Source: Candidatus Omnitrophota bacterium (GTDB lineage Bacteria; Omnitrophota; Gorgyraeia; Tantalellales; Tantalellaceae). From it: a stretch of 51,618 nucleotides of DNA. The notes below the pieces were generated by a model. It was not told the DNA's origin. It saw only the letters and a program-made list of their open reading frames with translations, and did not search any database. Positions 34,301 to 43,617 of this stretch are shown here, piece by piece. Position 1 is the first letter of the stretch. Every line of letters starts with the position of its first letter. Position numbers and translations under genes: made by a program. The DNA lies in the NCBI GenBank assembly GCA_043823375.1, contig JBDRAX010000043.1, forward strand, positions 1 to 51,618. The letters run 5' to 3'.

Positions 34301-37300
34301 AAGCGTCTTTCATATTTTTTTCAAGGCCCGGGGGGTATGTGAACGAGGAAAAGGTGAAAAAGATCAGAGAACAGATAGAAGCGTATAAGCTTCTGCTTGA
34401 CGCTAATTTCGCGGCGCTCGCGCTCATAGACCAGAAACTTACACCGGAGTCTCTTAATTCCATAATAGACGCCGTTGAAAAGATGGTCCTGAACTATGAG
34501 AAATTAACTTCTGATTTTCCAAAATATCTTTTCGGTACAGGGAATTTCAGAGAGAGGTTCAATGAATTTGAGAAACTCAGGCATAAAGGGTATACCGAAA
34601 CGGATCTTGAAAAACCGGAAATACGAAAAATGATAACCGATATTACGGAGCCGGGTTCCGTGCACAGGTTCATTAATGATCTCCACACAAGGAGTACGGA
34701 ACCGCTTTTTACTCTTTCAGAGGATGCTAATATCAGCCTTTCTCTGAGTACGCTTAATAAAAGATTCAATGTGATCGACTGCGGTTCAAGGCCGGTGGTG
34801 GGGGATAATCAGGTGCGCTCTGAACTGCTTAAGATCCTGCTCTCGTCCGTGGATGAATGGCGAAAAAGAGAGGTTGAGGGAAAAGTGGTGTTGTCGGACG
34901 ATATAATGATAATGAGTATAAGGCTCGGTGAACACAGCGCGGAGATGCAGGTTAACCTTGCCGAGGCGGATGAAGGCGGCGGCATACTTTTAAGATACAA
35001 GGATGTGGACCTTACGAAGGAGAAACTTGGCTTAAGGATGAAATTCCTTAAAGGCGTTTTGAAAAAATACGGATTCGATTTCACGACGCCGTCGGCGGAT
35101 TTACTGAATCTTTCGTTTAATAAGGATTCCGGCATGAAAAGCGCGCTGGATATAAGGGAAAAACTGCCGGTTTTACTGAAGTTGCTTTATAATCTTAACA
35201 ATGTCGACATAAATATAAAAGGGGACGACGCGGTAGACGCGGCTGTGAATATTTTTTATGAGACACTGCGTATGCTGCCGGACCAGGAGGTATCCCGCTC
35301 CGACGTTCCGCCGTCAGTAGCGCTTACGGAAGACAGGAGAGAAGCTTTGAACAGTTATCTGAAATCATTAAAGCTGGAACCTGTTCCTGATTCCGAGCCG
35401 TTGCTGACACAGAGAGTAATAGACAGGTATATAAACATTCCTGTTTCCGAGGCCATGGAGAGGGGACAACTTGTTCCCGGCCTGGACGGGATAAGATTTA
35501 ACGCGTTTTATTCGAGCTCGGCGCGTGATATCATCCGCGATCTTCTTAAACACGATGACGGTAAAACACGCGCCGGGAGCGTGAAAATGGCTGAACTGGC
35601 CTCGAGTGTAAGCAGGAATATTATGTTCAGGGATACAGGGATAACCGGTTCACTACTGGCCCGGACGGGTACTTATCTTACAGAACAGGGAAAGGCCTAT
35701 GTGATCACGGCGCTCTGTGACCCGAAAACGGGAAATTTAGTGTTCGCACGAGCCGCGGAGAAAAAAAATGACAATAGTTTTACCCCGGTAACCCCGGAGG
35801 CGTTCGCGGAAGACATTAAGGCAAAGGGTGTGGATCCCGCCAGGATAAACCGGATATTGTCGCAGACAATATCCGATAAGGAAATAGCGGGCGCTATGAT
35901 GAGCCTTTTGCGGGAATGGCCTGAAGCTGAATCCGGTACGGGGGATTTGATGATCCAGGGGTTAAGCGCTTCGCCCGGAGTTTCAGGAGTGTATGAAGTC
36001 ACTTTGGATAAAGGCGCCGTAAAAGAAGGCGCGGGCAATATCCTTCTTGTCCCATATACAACGCCGGAAGATACCGCTCTTTTCGATGATCTGCCAGCTA
36101 TTGTAACAGCAGGGGGAGGGGTATTGAGCCACGCGTCAATTATGGCGAGAGAGAGGCATATCCCGGCTGTTATTCTCAGTAACGCGCGTGAAATAACAGT
36201 TTCAGGCGAAATCGCGTGGGAAATAATTACTTATTCTCCGTTTGAAACGAAAGTTGAAAAGGGCATCACTTTTTCTGACGGCTTAAAGCGTGTGCCTGTG
36301 GTCATAAAACGCGGCGATAAGATAATGGTTGACGGAGATAAAGGCTTGGTTATTATAGCGCGCGGCGGAAGAGAGGCGGATCTTTTTATTCCTGAACATG
36401 GTGCGCGTGTCACTGAAGGCGAGGCCGCGGGTGTTTTCACGAAAGCTGAGATAGTGAAGGGAAAGGAGAATGCGCCGGGCATTATTCCGCTTGAGGGACC
36501 ACATGAAGCGGATATGGTTTTTATCGCGGGAGGAAAGGGGGATAATCTGCGGAGAGTATCGGCGCTGTCGGGAAAGACAGGTTTTAAAGTGCCTCCGGGC
36601 ATGTTTGTCACGTCCCGCGCTTTTTCGGATTTTGTGGAGCGCGCCGGGATAGAAGATAAAATAACCGCGGTTATAGCGCGGCATACAAGGGGTGATGGTA
36701 TTACGATCGCGGAAGTATCCGGGGAGATCGAGAGGCTTTTTCAGGAAGCCGCGCGTACAGAAGCTAAAAAGGCGCTTGAAACGGAGATAGAGAACTTTTT
36801 AGCGGCAAGCCCGGCCCTGGCGGATATCAAGTGGTGGGCCGTGAGGTCTTCCAATATAGCGGAGGATTCCGGGGAGGCTTCGTTTGCCGGAGCCGGGGAA
36901 ACATATCTTTTTGTTAAAAGATCGGAACTCGCGGATATGGTGATCCGGAATTTTGCCACTTTCGCCACAGAAAGAGCGTTGAAATACAGGCTTAGCAAAA
37001 ATCTTAATGAACTTAAGATCAGCCAGCCGGTCGTTATACAGGCCATGATCGATTCGGAAATATCGGGCGTAGTGTTTACGGGTGACCCGCGCGTAACCGA
37101 AGGCGGAAAGGATAAAATAGTGATAAACGCTTCACACGGCCTTGGTGAGGCCGTTGTATCCGGGCGCGTCCAGCCTGACCAGTATATTGTCGATAAATTC
37201 AGCGGCGATGAAATGGAACACGCTTTGATCGGCTCGAAAAGAGTAAAAATGATACAAAGAAAAGAAGGGGGTACGGTTTATGTAAGTAACCCTCCGGGGC

Positions 37301-39243
37301 AGAGGGCGGACAGGGCGCTCGACAGGGAGATGGTCAAAAAGTTAAGTGAGGCTTCGAAGATCATAGAAGAGAGTTACAGGAGGCCAGTTGATATAGAATT
37401 CGGTTTCGTGGGAGGCGATCTTTATATTCTTCAGGCAAGGCCGGTGACTACGGGAATAAACACTTTGGCAGAAAGATTCGTCAGAGAGGCGGATATAAAC
37501 AAGGCCCTTATATGTTATCTGGATTCTGCCGATTTCTATGAGCGGGATATCCTGCCGCGGAGTGTATTCTCGCAAGTCACGGATGTAAAGAGAATATCTT
37601 ATGTGGCGGAAAAAATACGAAAAATATATGAGATCTTGTTTTTGTCCGGACTGGCTGACGGAATGAGCGGAGTGGATGAGTTCCTTGATGTGGGAGTGAA
37701 TGAACAGTACTTTGACAAGATGCAGGATATGATAACAATTGTTTCGTTGTGCGATAACGATGAAGAAGCCGCGCGCGCTTTAATGGAATATGTCGGATCC
37801 GGCGTTCTGGTCGGCGCCGGAAGCAGTCTTATCGGTAAGATAAATGGAAAAGCGCCTGATAAAATAAGGATAAAGGATGACGGAGGAGATGTTATATCGG
37901 TCAATGGCATTGAAATAAAGAAGACAGGGAAGAAGTTTTCCGGGGAGGAGATGGTAAAAAATATCCTTTCATTAATGGGCGCGGGATCTATGGATGATAT
38001 AAAAAATGTACCGGAGTTCAAGAGTGACGGCGGAGAGCTTAACGAGGAGGGTGTATTTATTGAAAAAATTCTTGAGTTTACGCGCGGAGCGGAGATAGTG
38101 CCCATAGAGGACAGGTTTGATATAAAGGGCTGTGTATCAACGTCTGCCGGCGGCAGTGTAATCTATCTGTCGGAACAACTCACGGTTGAGCCTTTTGCCG
38201 TAATACATGAGATGGCTGAGGGTTTTGGAAAGGATATATTCAGCGGAATATTCGCGAAGTATACAGCCCTTAACAGCCATACCCTGACGCGCGGATGCGG
38301 GCAAAAAGTCAGGGATGCGCTGCGGAAGGCTTTTGATCTGGGATCAATGAAGGATCCAAGAAATGTTTCCCCTGACAGGATAGATGAGCTTATTCTGGAA
38401 TTCGGAGCAGAAAGGCGCCTCACGCCCGCGGAAAGAGCTCTTATACAGTACAATATGGACAACGGAGCAACCGGTTTGGATATTCTTTACGGAATACAGG
38501 ACAGGATAAACGCCGGAGCGAACAGGGCGTTGACAGCGAAAATAAAACAGATGAATCAGCGGATGACAGCTGATCTTGTCATGGATATAAAACAGGGATT
38601 TACGGATGTAATTATCTGCCCGGTTGTTTTTGGAATGGAATCGAACATGCAGAAAGTTGAAAATGACTGCGGCAGAAAGTTTGAGCGTAATTACGGGAGT
38701 GGAACAGAAATAGAGACATATGACTTTGAGGCCGAAGACAGGGTAGCCCGGATCATAAGACTCGTTAAGTCTGAGCAGGATAAGTATTCAGCGCCTGAAT
38801 ATAATGATAGATATGTCAGGATAATGATATATCTCAGCGCGGAGGATAAGGAAAAATTTGACGCGAAGCTGAAGGCCAGTCCCGGCCTTGTTCCTGATCC
38901 GGAAAGAATATCTTTTCTCGTGGACCAGATCCCTGAGGACTGTATGTATGACGAAGCGAAGCTCATCGTGGTGAGTAAAGGCCTTTTGAACTACGCGCGC
39001 CTTACTGAAGATTTTAAAATGGACCCTTCTTCTCTTACTGATCTTCAGGGCCGCCTTCTCCGCGGAGTAAGCAGTATGCTCCCGGACCCGGGAGTTATGG
39101 ATAAACTTAAAGACGCTGAGTCCATAGACAATTTTTTTAAGGACATACTCCGCGGTATCCAGTCTCTGCGCCTTACAAAAATAGACTACGAAACAATAAA
39201 AGACTGGGCCGAAGCCCAAGCCGCGATATCCCGCTCCCTGTAG
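31387..39243 (+). CDS. giant anchored protein 2: anchor + IQDAH...GGFH domain + long unassigned regions + swivel domain + PPDK_N ATP-grasp (permuted order) + shared C-terminal module
   Basis: 2618 aa. Anchor LLFKQAVSLITASVFLCLSC. N-terminal domain from about 31600 to 32930. Swivel from about 35950 to 36360 (GGGVLSHASIMARERHIPAV; His codon 36130-36132). PPDK_N from about 36484 to 37455 (AGGKGDNLRRV, WWAVRSSNIAEDSGEASFAGAGET, VDIEFGFVGGDLYILQARPVT). The tail begins at about 38600. Confidence 0.9.
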   Translation: MMIMRKTNDKKMFKGKGARLLFKQAVSLITASVFLCLSCQYSFSISAIEAPAEVFRVDSFELPEYLGEVRDRWQAPDTARGIVIHIQDAHCDYNSQHRIAEIIGFVTSGYGPMPVNLEGGEGEYFLDVFEDIPDMRAREKVADYFVREGLLNGGEFFAVNEPGKAELWGIEDGMLYVGNLEIYRRSLEQKPEADKAIAGLAGILNKLKEKLYTPGMREFSAERNLYRDEKKELKEYFLYLSARAAEYGIGLGDYPDLLSLGKTLEMEKDINFKQADNERRKLIQVFRDGFSRQELSELLRNTALFREGKLSVPGYNRYLFRKAGESRIDAQKEFPELNKYFVYISEYEKARARKCLEEINSLEGRISACLASTEEEKRLYSLDKHLEYMKKLSELGLVKKEYEYFRRNREQFRASVYSDFIGEYGTAADRMNIPDDIGMLDGYQDDMLSFYEYSFLRDEAFIRNARIGVSRTPAERLSPALMVTGGFHTENLLALFKKNGISYVSIIPKFEIRKGTVNPYFKILAGERTPFLSSIEKALFTKGAVAGDSAGLKQAAVTKRNSAMQIASLLNVLGIVMDARDSELFRIGVQALAYAEELNGAFALKTTEPDEYIVFRNTDAGAECYAAALSDSEVAQQGLAVVNRDMPVKRDDPVQVLWAFAQAGHDTVVSDPRNHMYITTADSGLVTVMREYLKRVKGVEIRERLEKEMFYLLENSRKLRDGFEKPSMVSVVKGLIGPRAGGQGIYIPLTDEYGNELNTEQQARAFLHELTAGVYGRAGHGAVKAFEGAVIDGKGDIGAAEDLLGQPYFEPVWRVDSAVTRMGMERDYSLDDGKEIDSKLWALLDKINKAEKKVKSAGTASAPVMGKIISETGLFGKEIDSYAGVKDTITNVKAKGGYSYAKKWAPAGALDPVVTVSEKNGEKIPHPSYFPRSIIKGTRTNVEGDELRMYPDRELFSILGREEEPLPEIEREASFIFFSRPGGYVNEEKVKKIREQIEAYKLLLDANFAALALIDQKLTPESLNSIIDAVEKMVLNYEKLTSDFPKYLFGTGNFRERFNEFEKLRHKGYTETDLEKPEIRKMITDITEPGSVHRFINDLHTRSTEPLFTLSEDANISLSLSTLNKRFNVIDCGSRPVVGDNQVRSELLKILLSSVDEWRKREVEGKVVLSDDIMIMSIRLGEHSAEMQVNLAEADEGGGILLRYKDVDLTKEKLGLRMKFLKGVLKKYGFDFTTPSADLLNLSFNKDSGMKSALDIREKLPVLLKLLYNLNNVDINIKGDDAVDAAVNIFYETLRMLPDQEVSRSDVPPSVALTEDRREALNSYLKSLKLEPVPDSEPLLTQRVIDRYINIPVSEAMERGQLVPGLDGIRFNAFYSSSARDIIRDLLKHDDGKTRAGSVKMAELASSVSRNIMFRDTGITGSLLARTGTYLTEQGKAYVITALCDPKTGNLVFARAAEKKNDNSFTPVTPEAFAEDIKAKGVDPARINRILSQTISDKEIAGAMMSLLREWPEAESGTGDLMIQGLSASPGVSGVYEVTLDKGAVKEGAGNILLVPYTTPEDTALFDDLPAIVTAGGGVLSHASIMARERHIPAVILSNAREITVSGEIAWEIITYSPFETKVEKGITFSDGLKRVPVVIKRGDKIMVDGDKGLVIIARGGREADLFIPEHGARVTEGEAAGVFTKAEIVKGKENAPGIIPLEGPHEADMVFIAGGKGDNLRRVSALSGKTGFKVPPGMFVTSRAFSDFVERAGIEDKITAVIARHTRGDGITIAEVSGEIERLFQEAARTEAKKALETEIENFLAASPALADIKWWAVRSSNIAEDSGEASFAGAGETYLFVKRSELADMVIRNFATFATERALKYRLSKNLNELKISQPVVIQAMIDSEISGVVFTGDPRVTEGGKDKIVINASHGLGEAVVSGRVQPDQYIVDKFSGDEMEHALIGSKRVKMIQRKEGGTVYVSNPPGQRADRALDREMVKKLSEASKIIEESYRRPVDIEFGFVGGDLYILQARPVTTGINTLAERFVREADINKALICYLDSADFYERDILPRSVFSQVTDVKRISYVAEKIRKIYEILFLSGLADGMSGVDEFLDVGVNEQYFDKMQDMITIVSLCDNDEEAARALMEYVGSGVLVGAGSSLIGKINGKAPDKIRIKDDGGDVISVNGIEIKKTGKKFSGEEMVKNILSLMGAGSMDDIKNVPEFKSDGGELNEEGVFIEKILEFTRGAEIVPIEDRFDIKGCVSTSAGGSVIYLSEQLTVEPFAVIHEMAEGFGKDIFSGIFAKYTALNSHTLTRGCGQKVRDALRKAFDLGSMKDPRNVSPDRIDELILEFGAERRLTPAERALIQYNMDNGATGLDILYGIQDRINAGANRALTAKIKQMNQRMTADLVMDIKQGFTDVIICPVVFGMESNMQKVENDCGRKFERNYGSGTEIETYDFEAEDRVARIIRLVKSEQDKYSAPEYNDRYVRIMIYLSAEDKEKFDAKLKASPGLVPDPERISFLVDQIPEDCMYDEAKLIVVSKGLLNYARLTEDFKMDPSSLTDLQGRLLRGVSSMLPDPGVMDKLKDAESIDNFFKDILRGIQSLRLTKIDYETIKDWAEAQAAISRSL

Positions 39244-39399
39244 TCCCACCCGCGACACAACATGATGATGGACGGTTGTAAGCGTAAACCTGTCCCTTAT
39301 CAGGGGAATGCTTGATGCGTTACCCACAAGTCAATATAATGATGTAAAAAAAGTTAACACCTGTCTTTGGTAACATAATTTCCACGAACACGTCATCCG

Positions 39400-39835
39400 C
39401 AATGAATTCAATTTCCCTCGTATTCGTAAACACACCATTATGCCTTCCAGGTAGGGGCGCATTGCATGTGCCCTCCGACCCCGCGGCGAAAATAAAAAAA
39501 TAAGCGGCCAAAAGACGGATGATACCGCATGACGCGTTAATAAGGAGCAGGCAGCCGGATGAAATGCGCTTTGTAATATTGGCGCGATGCGGCCAGGGGC
39601 ACATGCAATGTGCCCCTACCGAGTAGCAATAAACCAATTTCAATTACCGCCCAATAGATGAAGTCAACCTCCCTCGTATTCGTAAACACACCATTATGCC
39701 TTCCAGGTAGGGGCACATTGCATGTGCCCTCCGACCACGCGGCGAAAACAAAAAAACAAGCGGTCAAAAAACGTATAATACCGGATGAAATGCGCTTTGT
39801 AATATTCGCGTGATGTGCCCCTGCCGGCGAAGCAT
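39400..39835. repeat. degenerate ~256-bp tandem duplication carrying three copies of a GGGCACAT-N3-ATGTGCCC hairpin palindrome
   Basis: 39415-39518 and 39671-39773 are about 90% identical, offset by 256 nt. ccggatgaaatgcgctttgtaatatt occurs at 39555 and at 39781. Palindromes lie at 39455-39473, 39596-39616 (inverted orientation) and 39711-39729. Confidence 0.85.
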
Positions 39836-39888
39836 GGCACCATTACGAAATATAAATATGGGTAACACTCGGAGGGAAAGGGATCAAA

Positions 39889-42747
39889 ATGGGCTTGGAT
39901 TTTATAATATTAACAAATATTAATCTTTTTTATATTGCCTCCCAAAATTTATATAATGTTAACAATAATTTTAAATTTAAGATACCAGAAAAGTATTCAA
40001 ATATGAAAATACCGACTTATTCCCTAAAGAAAACGATAAGGGCCATATTCTGTTTGTTCTTTACGGGAACATCTTTGTTTTATCCGCTGGCTGATAACGC
40101 GAATGCCGGGGCTGTTGTTCCGTGCCTTTTGCCGGAATCAGGGCTTTCCGGTTCAGGCCAGGCCATGAGTTTGCAGGCGTCTCTGATTTGCAGGCTTATA
40201 GAAAAAAGGGCGGAATACGGGTTAAAAGAAATATATCTTGATGACATATTCAAGTGGAGAGAGTCATCGGAATATCTTTTCAGAGGCTGTGTATTCGAGA
40301 GAATTTTTGAGGGTAAAAGCCTCGCTCCGGATTCCCGTATATCTCCGGACGAAGTCAGGATAACCATACCTTTTTCCGGTGAATCCATAAGTTATTTTTT
40401 TTATGATCCTACATCTCTTCCTGACGGGGGAGAGGCTGTGGTAAGAATATCTGACGGGCTTTTCAGGCGGATCACTTTCACGCGCCGGTTGAAAGCTCCG
40501 GAGAAGAATGCGGATACTGAGGAAGAAAAACTTAAATTGTCCGCGGGAACAATAGAGGAAATAGAAGGTTTTAAGCTTGGTAAAGGGTTTTTACGCGGCA
40601 TGAAAAATCAGATATCCACATGGCACCTGGACGCTGAGGCAAAAGATCGTCTGGCGTATATCAATGAGTTATTCATGGAGGCAACGGAAGACCTGCCCGA
40701 GACGAGCAGAAAGATTTATGCCCGGATAAACGCCAGAATAAAAGAACTTCTTGATAAGGGTGATATAATGACTTTTGAGTCACTGACAATGGGAGAGGAT
40801 AACTACCTTTTGATGTTCACCCGCGGCGAAAAGATATTCATAGGCGACAGTTTCTTCCCTGTTTCTGAAGGCAAGCGCGAGGCTGCTTTTTTTCTGATAA
40901 AGGCCTTGGCCCGGGCAGTCTATGAGATGCTTTTCGGCCCCGGCGGCGCTGAAGAATTTTTTCCAGGCGGGAAAGATCTCAGCTGTGACAAACAACTTGA
41001 AGAAAAGGCTGTTGAATATGTCAGGTCAAAGATGCCCATGTATAACCCTATGTGTGCTATGGAGTTCTTAGAGGACGAAGGGGAATATGATAAACTTTTC
41101 AAATTCGAGATAAAGGATAATATACTTGAAGCTTTGTTCGGCTGGCGGGACTCTGAGTGGAGGATACCTTCGGAAAGAAAGACAGTTGATGGAGTTGAGA
41201 TAGCGTGGCCTGATGAAAAGTATGCCGCAAGCTTCGGTTTTTTTTATTTCCGGTCATATATGACGCGCGTAAGAGTTAACCTTGACAGTGGTAAGGTCTA
41301 TCTGGTCGAGCCCGGAGGGTATCTTAATGAAGGCGATGTGATAGAACTTGACAGTAAACAGTTTTATTTCGAAAAAGATCCTGACGGTAATGTGACGGTT
41401 TTTTTCAGGAATCTCGCGCGTGAGAGGTTTCCGTACAACGCGCAGATATTGTATAAACTTGTGTACAAACCCTGGACCGAAAAGTGGTCTGCAATATGGC
41501 AAGAAGCTTTTAACGGCGATTTTGATTTAATGCGCAGGGATTGGACACATATCTATAACGCGCAGGGCGATCTATCCATAACAAGGCAGAAACAGCGCGA
41601 TATGAGAAAGATATTCGGCCGGAGCCTCCCGTGGAGCCGGATAGAGCCTTATGACGGTTCCTATTCCGCGATTATAGAAATGCCTGAGGATATGTTCGCT
41701 GAGACAGCGCGCGCGCGGAACAGGATACTTGCTGACTGGCGAATGCTTAAAGAATACACAGGGTACAGGGACGGGGCCTATACTCCGGATGAACTAGATA
41801 ATATGAAATTTAACGTCAGGTTCAGATGCCTGGGGCCCAGGGGAGAAATAGAAAAGAGTATTATCCTGAGAAAAGAGGATTTTATAGATTCAGGCGCTTT
41901 TTTTGATTCAGAGAGCGGACAGTTCGCGGAAAGGATAAAAAAAGAATACCCGGGTTTTGGCAAAGATTTTTCAGCCAGGCTGGAACTTGAGGCACGGAAA
42001 GATTTTTTATCAAAACCCGGGATTGACATGGATGTTACTGTGTATGTGCCCTTTAGCGAACAGGTCGGGGATATATCCATTCTGGCGGAATACGGGCATG
42101 AGTCGGATATATCTTCGGCTGTGGAGCTTATCACAAGGACATGCGCGAGGTCGAGGGAAAAATTTAAGGACAGGCGGGAAACTATATTTATAAGGTATAA
42201 CGACAACCTTTTCAGCGCCGAACAAAAACAGATCATACATGAATACAGAAAACTCCTTATCCGGGCGCTTAAACTTAAGGACAGGGATGTTCGCGTGGCG
42301 CCTTTCGCTTCGGAATATATGAATATCCCCGCTATCAGCCACATTATGCTTGGTATTTACAGGTATAAGTCGCCTGAGCTTAATGACAAGGATCTTTTGG
42401 GGGAGGGCAGTAACGGCAAAGGCTTAATAGCTAAGGCCGCGGAGATCGCGCCTTCCGATCTGCCTGTAACAGCTCTTTTGAACATGGCTCTGGCGGCTTC
42501 TTATATAACTCCGGGCAGGTCGAGTTTTACTCACGACGATCATATCGCCATATCTTTTCTGAAGAAACAGTATTTTTTCTGCACAGGAGAGGAACTGCCC
42601 AATTCCGAACTTCCTCCCGTCGGTAAGCTCCTTAGCGATAAAGACGCCAAAAGGATACATGAGTTATCTTATATTTACATACCGCGTTCGCGCCCTGTCT
42701 CCACTGATTATTTTACCGCTTCACTCCGCGCTTTGATATCCGCCTGA
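39889..42747 (+). CDS. giant anchored protein 3 (unassigned body + shared C-terminal module)
   Basis: 952 aa from ATG 39889, preceded by a GGAGGGAAAGGGA SD-like stretch. An alternative start at ATG 40003 (MKIPTYSLKKTIRAIFCLFFTGTSLF) gives a cleaner basic-then-hydrophobic N-terminus. The tail from about 42120 aligns block-wise with the 912-aa protein tail. Confidence 0.8.
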   Translation: MGLDFIILTNINLFYIASQNLYNVNNNFKFKIPEKYSNMKIPTYSLKKTIRAIFCLFFTGTSLFYPLADNANAGAVVPCLLPESGLSGSGQAMSLQASLICRLIEKRAEYGLKEIYLDDIFKWRESSEYLFRGCVFERIFEGKSLAPDSRISPDEVRITIPFSGESISYFFYDPTSLPDGGEAVVRISDGLFRRITFTRRLKAPEKNADTEEEKLKLSAGTIEEIEGFKLGKGFLRGMKNQISTWHLDAEAKDRLAYINELFMEATEDLPETSRKIYARINARIKELLDKGDIMTFESLTMGEDNYLLMFTRGEKIFIGDSFFPVSEGKREAAFFLIKALARAVYEMLFGPGGAEEFFPGGKDLSCDKQLEEKAVEYVRSKMPMYNPMCAMEFLEDEGEYDKLFKFEIKDNILEALFGWRDSEWRIPSERKTVDGVEIAWPDEKYAASFGFFYFRSYMTRVRVNLDSGKVYLVEPGGYLNEGDVIELDSKQFYFEKDPDGNVTVFFRNLARERFPYNAQILYKLVYKPWTEKWSAIWQEAFNGDFDLMRRDWTHIYNAQGDLSITRQKQRDMRKIFGRSLPWSRIEPYDGSYSAIIEMPEDMFAETARARNRILADWRMLKEYTGYRDGAYTPDELDNMKFNVRFRCLGPRGEIEKSIILRKEDFIDSGAFFDSESGQFAERIKKEYPGFGKDFSARLELEARKDFLSKPGIDMDVTVYVPFSEQVGDISILAEYGHESDISSAVELITRTCARSREKFKDRRETIFIRYNDNLFSAEQKQIIHEYRKLLIRALKLKDRDVRVAPFASEYMNIPAISHIMLGIYRYKSPELNDKDLLGEGSNGKGLIAKAAEIAPSDLPVTALLNMALAASYITPGRSSFTHDDHIAISFLKKQYFFCTGEELPNSELPPVGKLLSDKDAKRIHELSYIYIPRSRPVSTDYFTASLRALISA

Positions 42748-42889
42748 TCTTTGTTTATGTGTTTAAAACCTTCAGGGATCAGAATATGGGCTACTGTATT
42801 TGATTATAACGCTTTTATGTAATATATTTAGTAGTGAGTAGTGGATAGTATTTTTTTTGCCGAAGAATAATTAAAAGGAGGAAGGGATA

Positions 42890-43345
42890 ATGGGAATAAA
42901 AAAACTTTATCATGAGCATACCAATGTTTTCGGATTTGAGATCGACGGCAGGCTTACCGTGGCTGAGATAGAAAAATTCCTTCCGGAACTTGAAGAAGCT
43001 GTCGAGATGTCGCGTAAAAAATTAAGGCTGCTTGTCGATGTTACTAAAATGGCGGGCGCGAATCTGAAATCAGAATGGGAGATCTTTGAATTCCTTAAAA
43101 AACACATAAATGACATCGAATTTATAGCGATTGTCGGCGCCCATTCATGGACAAAAGTCATGAGCGAGATCCTGTCAGAGTCAGTTTTTGTTATGGCTGA
43201 GACGCTGTATTTCAAGCCGGAGCAGATAGAACAGGCCTGGGCATGGCTTACCGGCGCGAGCCACCCCCGCCGTGTGCCTGTGCAAAAGTATATCCACAGC
43301 GATAAAGGGCTCTTTACTAAATACGGCTCTCCGGATTATATATAG
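42890..43345 (+). CDS. STAS/SEC14-like (SpoIIAA-like, DUF3478) domain protein
   Basis: 151 aa. The layout FGFEIDGRLTVAEIEKF.PELEEA......KLRLLVDVT.M.G......WEIF.F...H...IE.IAIVG is typical of the family. Strong RBS AAAGGAGGAAGGG. Confidence 0.75.
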   Translation: MGIKKLYHEHTNVFGFEIDGRLTVAEIEKFLPELEEAVEMSRKKLRLLVDVTKMAGANLKSEWEIFEFLKKHINDIEFIAIVGAHSWTKVMSEILSESVFVMAETLYFKPEQIEQAWAWLTGASHPRRVPVQKYIHSDKGLFTKYGSPDYI

Positions 43346-43617
43346 GACAATTCAGAGGATAGGTTTTACTGTTCTCTTAAGCGCGCGGAAAGTAATAGAT
43401 GTCTAGAAAAAAGCTTTTCTATTTTTAGAAAAAGCTTCGTGTAATGTGATGTTTTGACATGAAAATGCATGTTTTAGGATGGTTTGAGAAATATTAATAG
43501 TGGAGGGCAGGTTGTTTTGTTCTTGTATTTGTATATGCCGCATATTACAATTATTAAGCTTAACGCGAGCATCTCGATCGTAAATATAAAAAGGATTAAA
43601 AAAAAAGGATAATATAA

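Noticed and set aside
39320-39767. ORFs 39320-39643 and 39537-39767 (-), which share the peptide GTCN(A/V)PLPGRHNGVFTNTRE
   Set aside because: The shared peptide is simply the translation of the 256-bp tandem DNA repeat. The region has no RBS and is better explained as non-coding.
39400-39835. Possible CRISPR array
   Set aside because: There are only two long (~256 bp) degenerate units, not short repeats of 25-40 nt with unique spacers. No cas genes are present.
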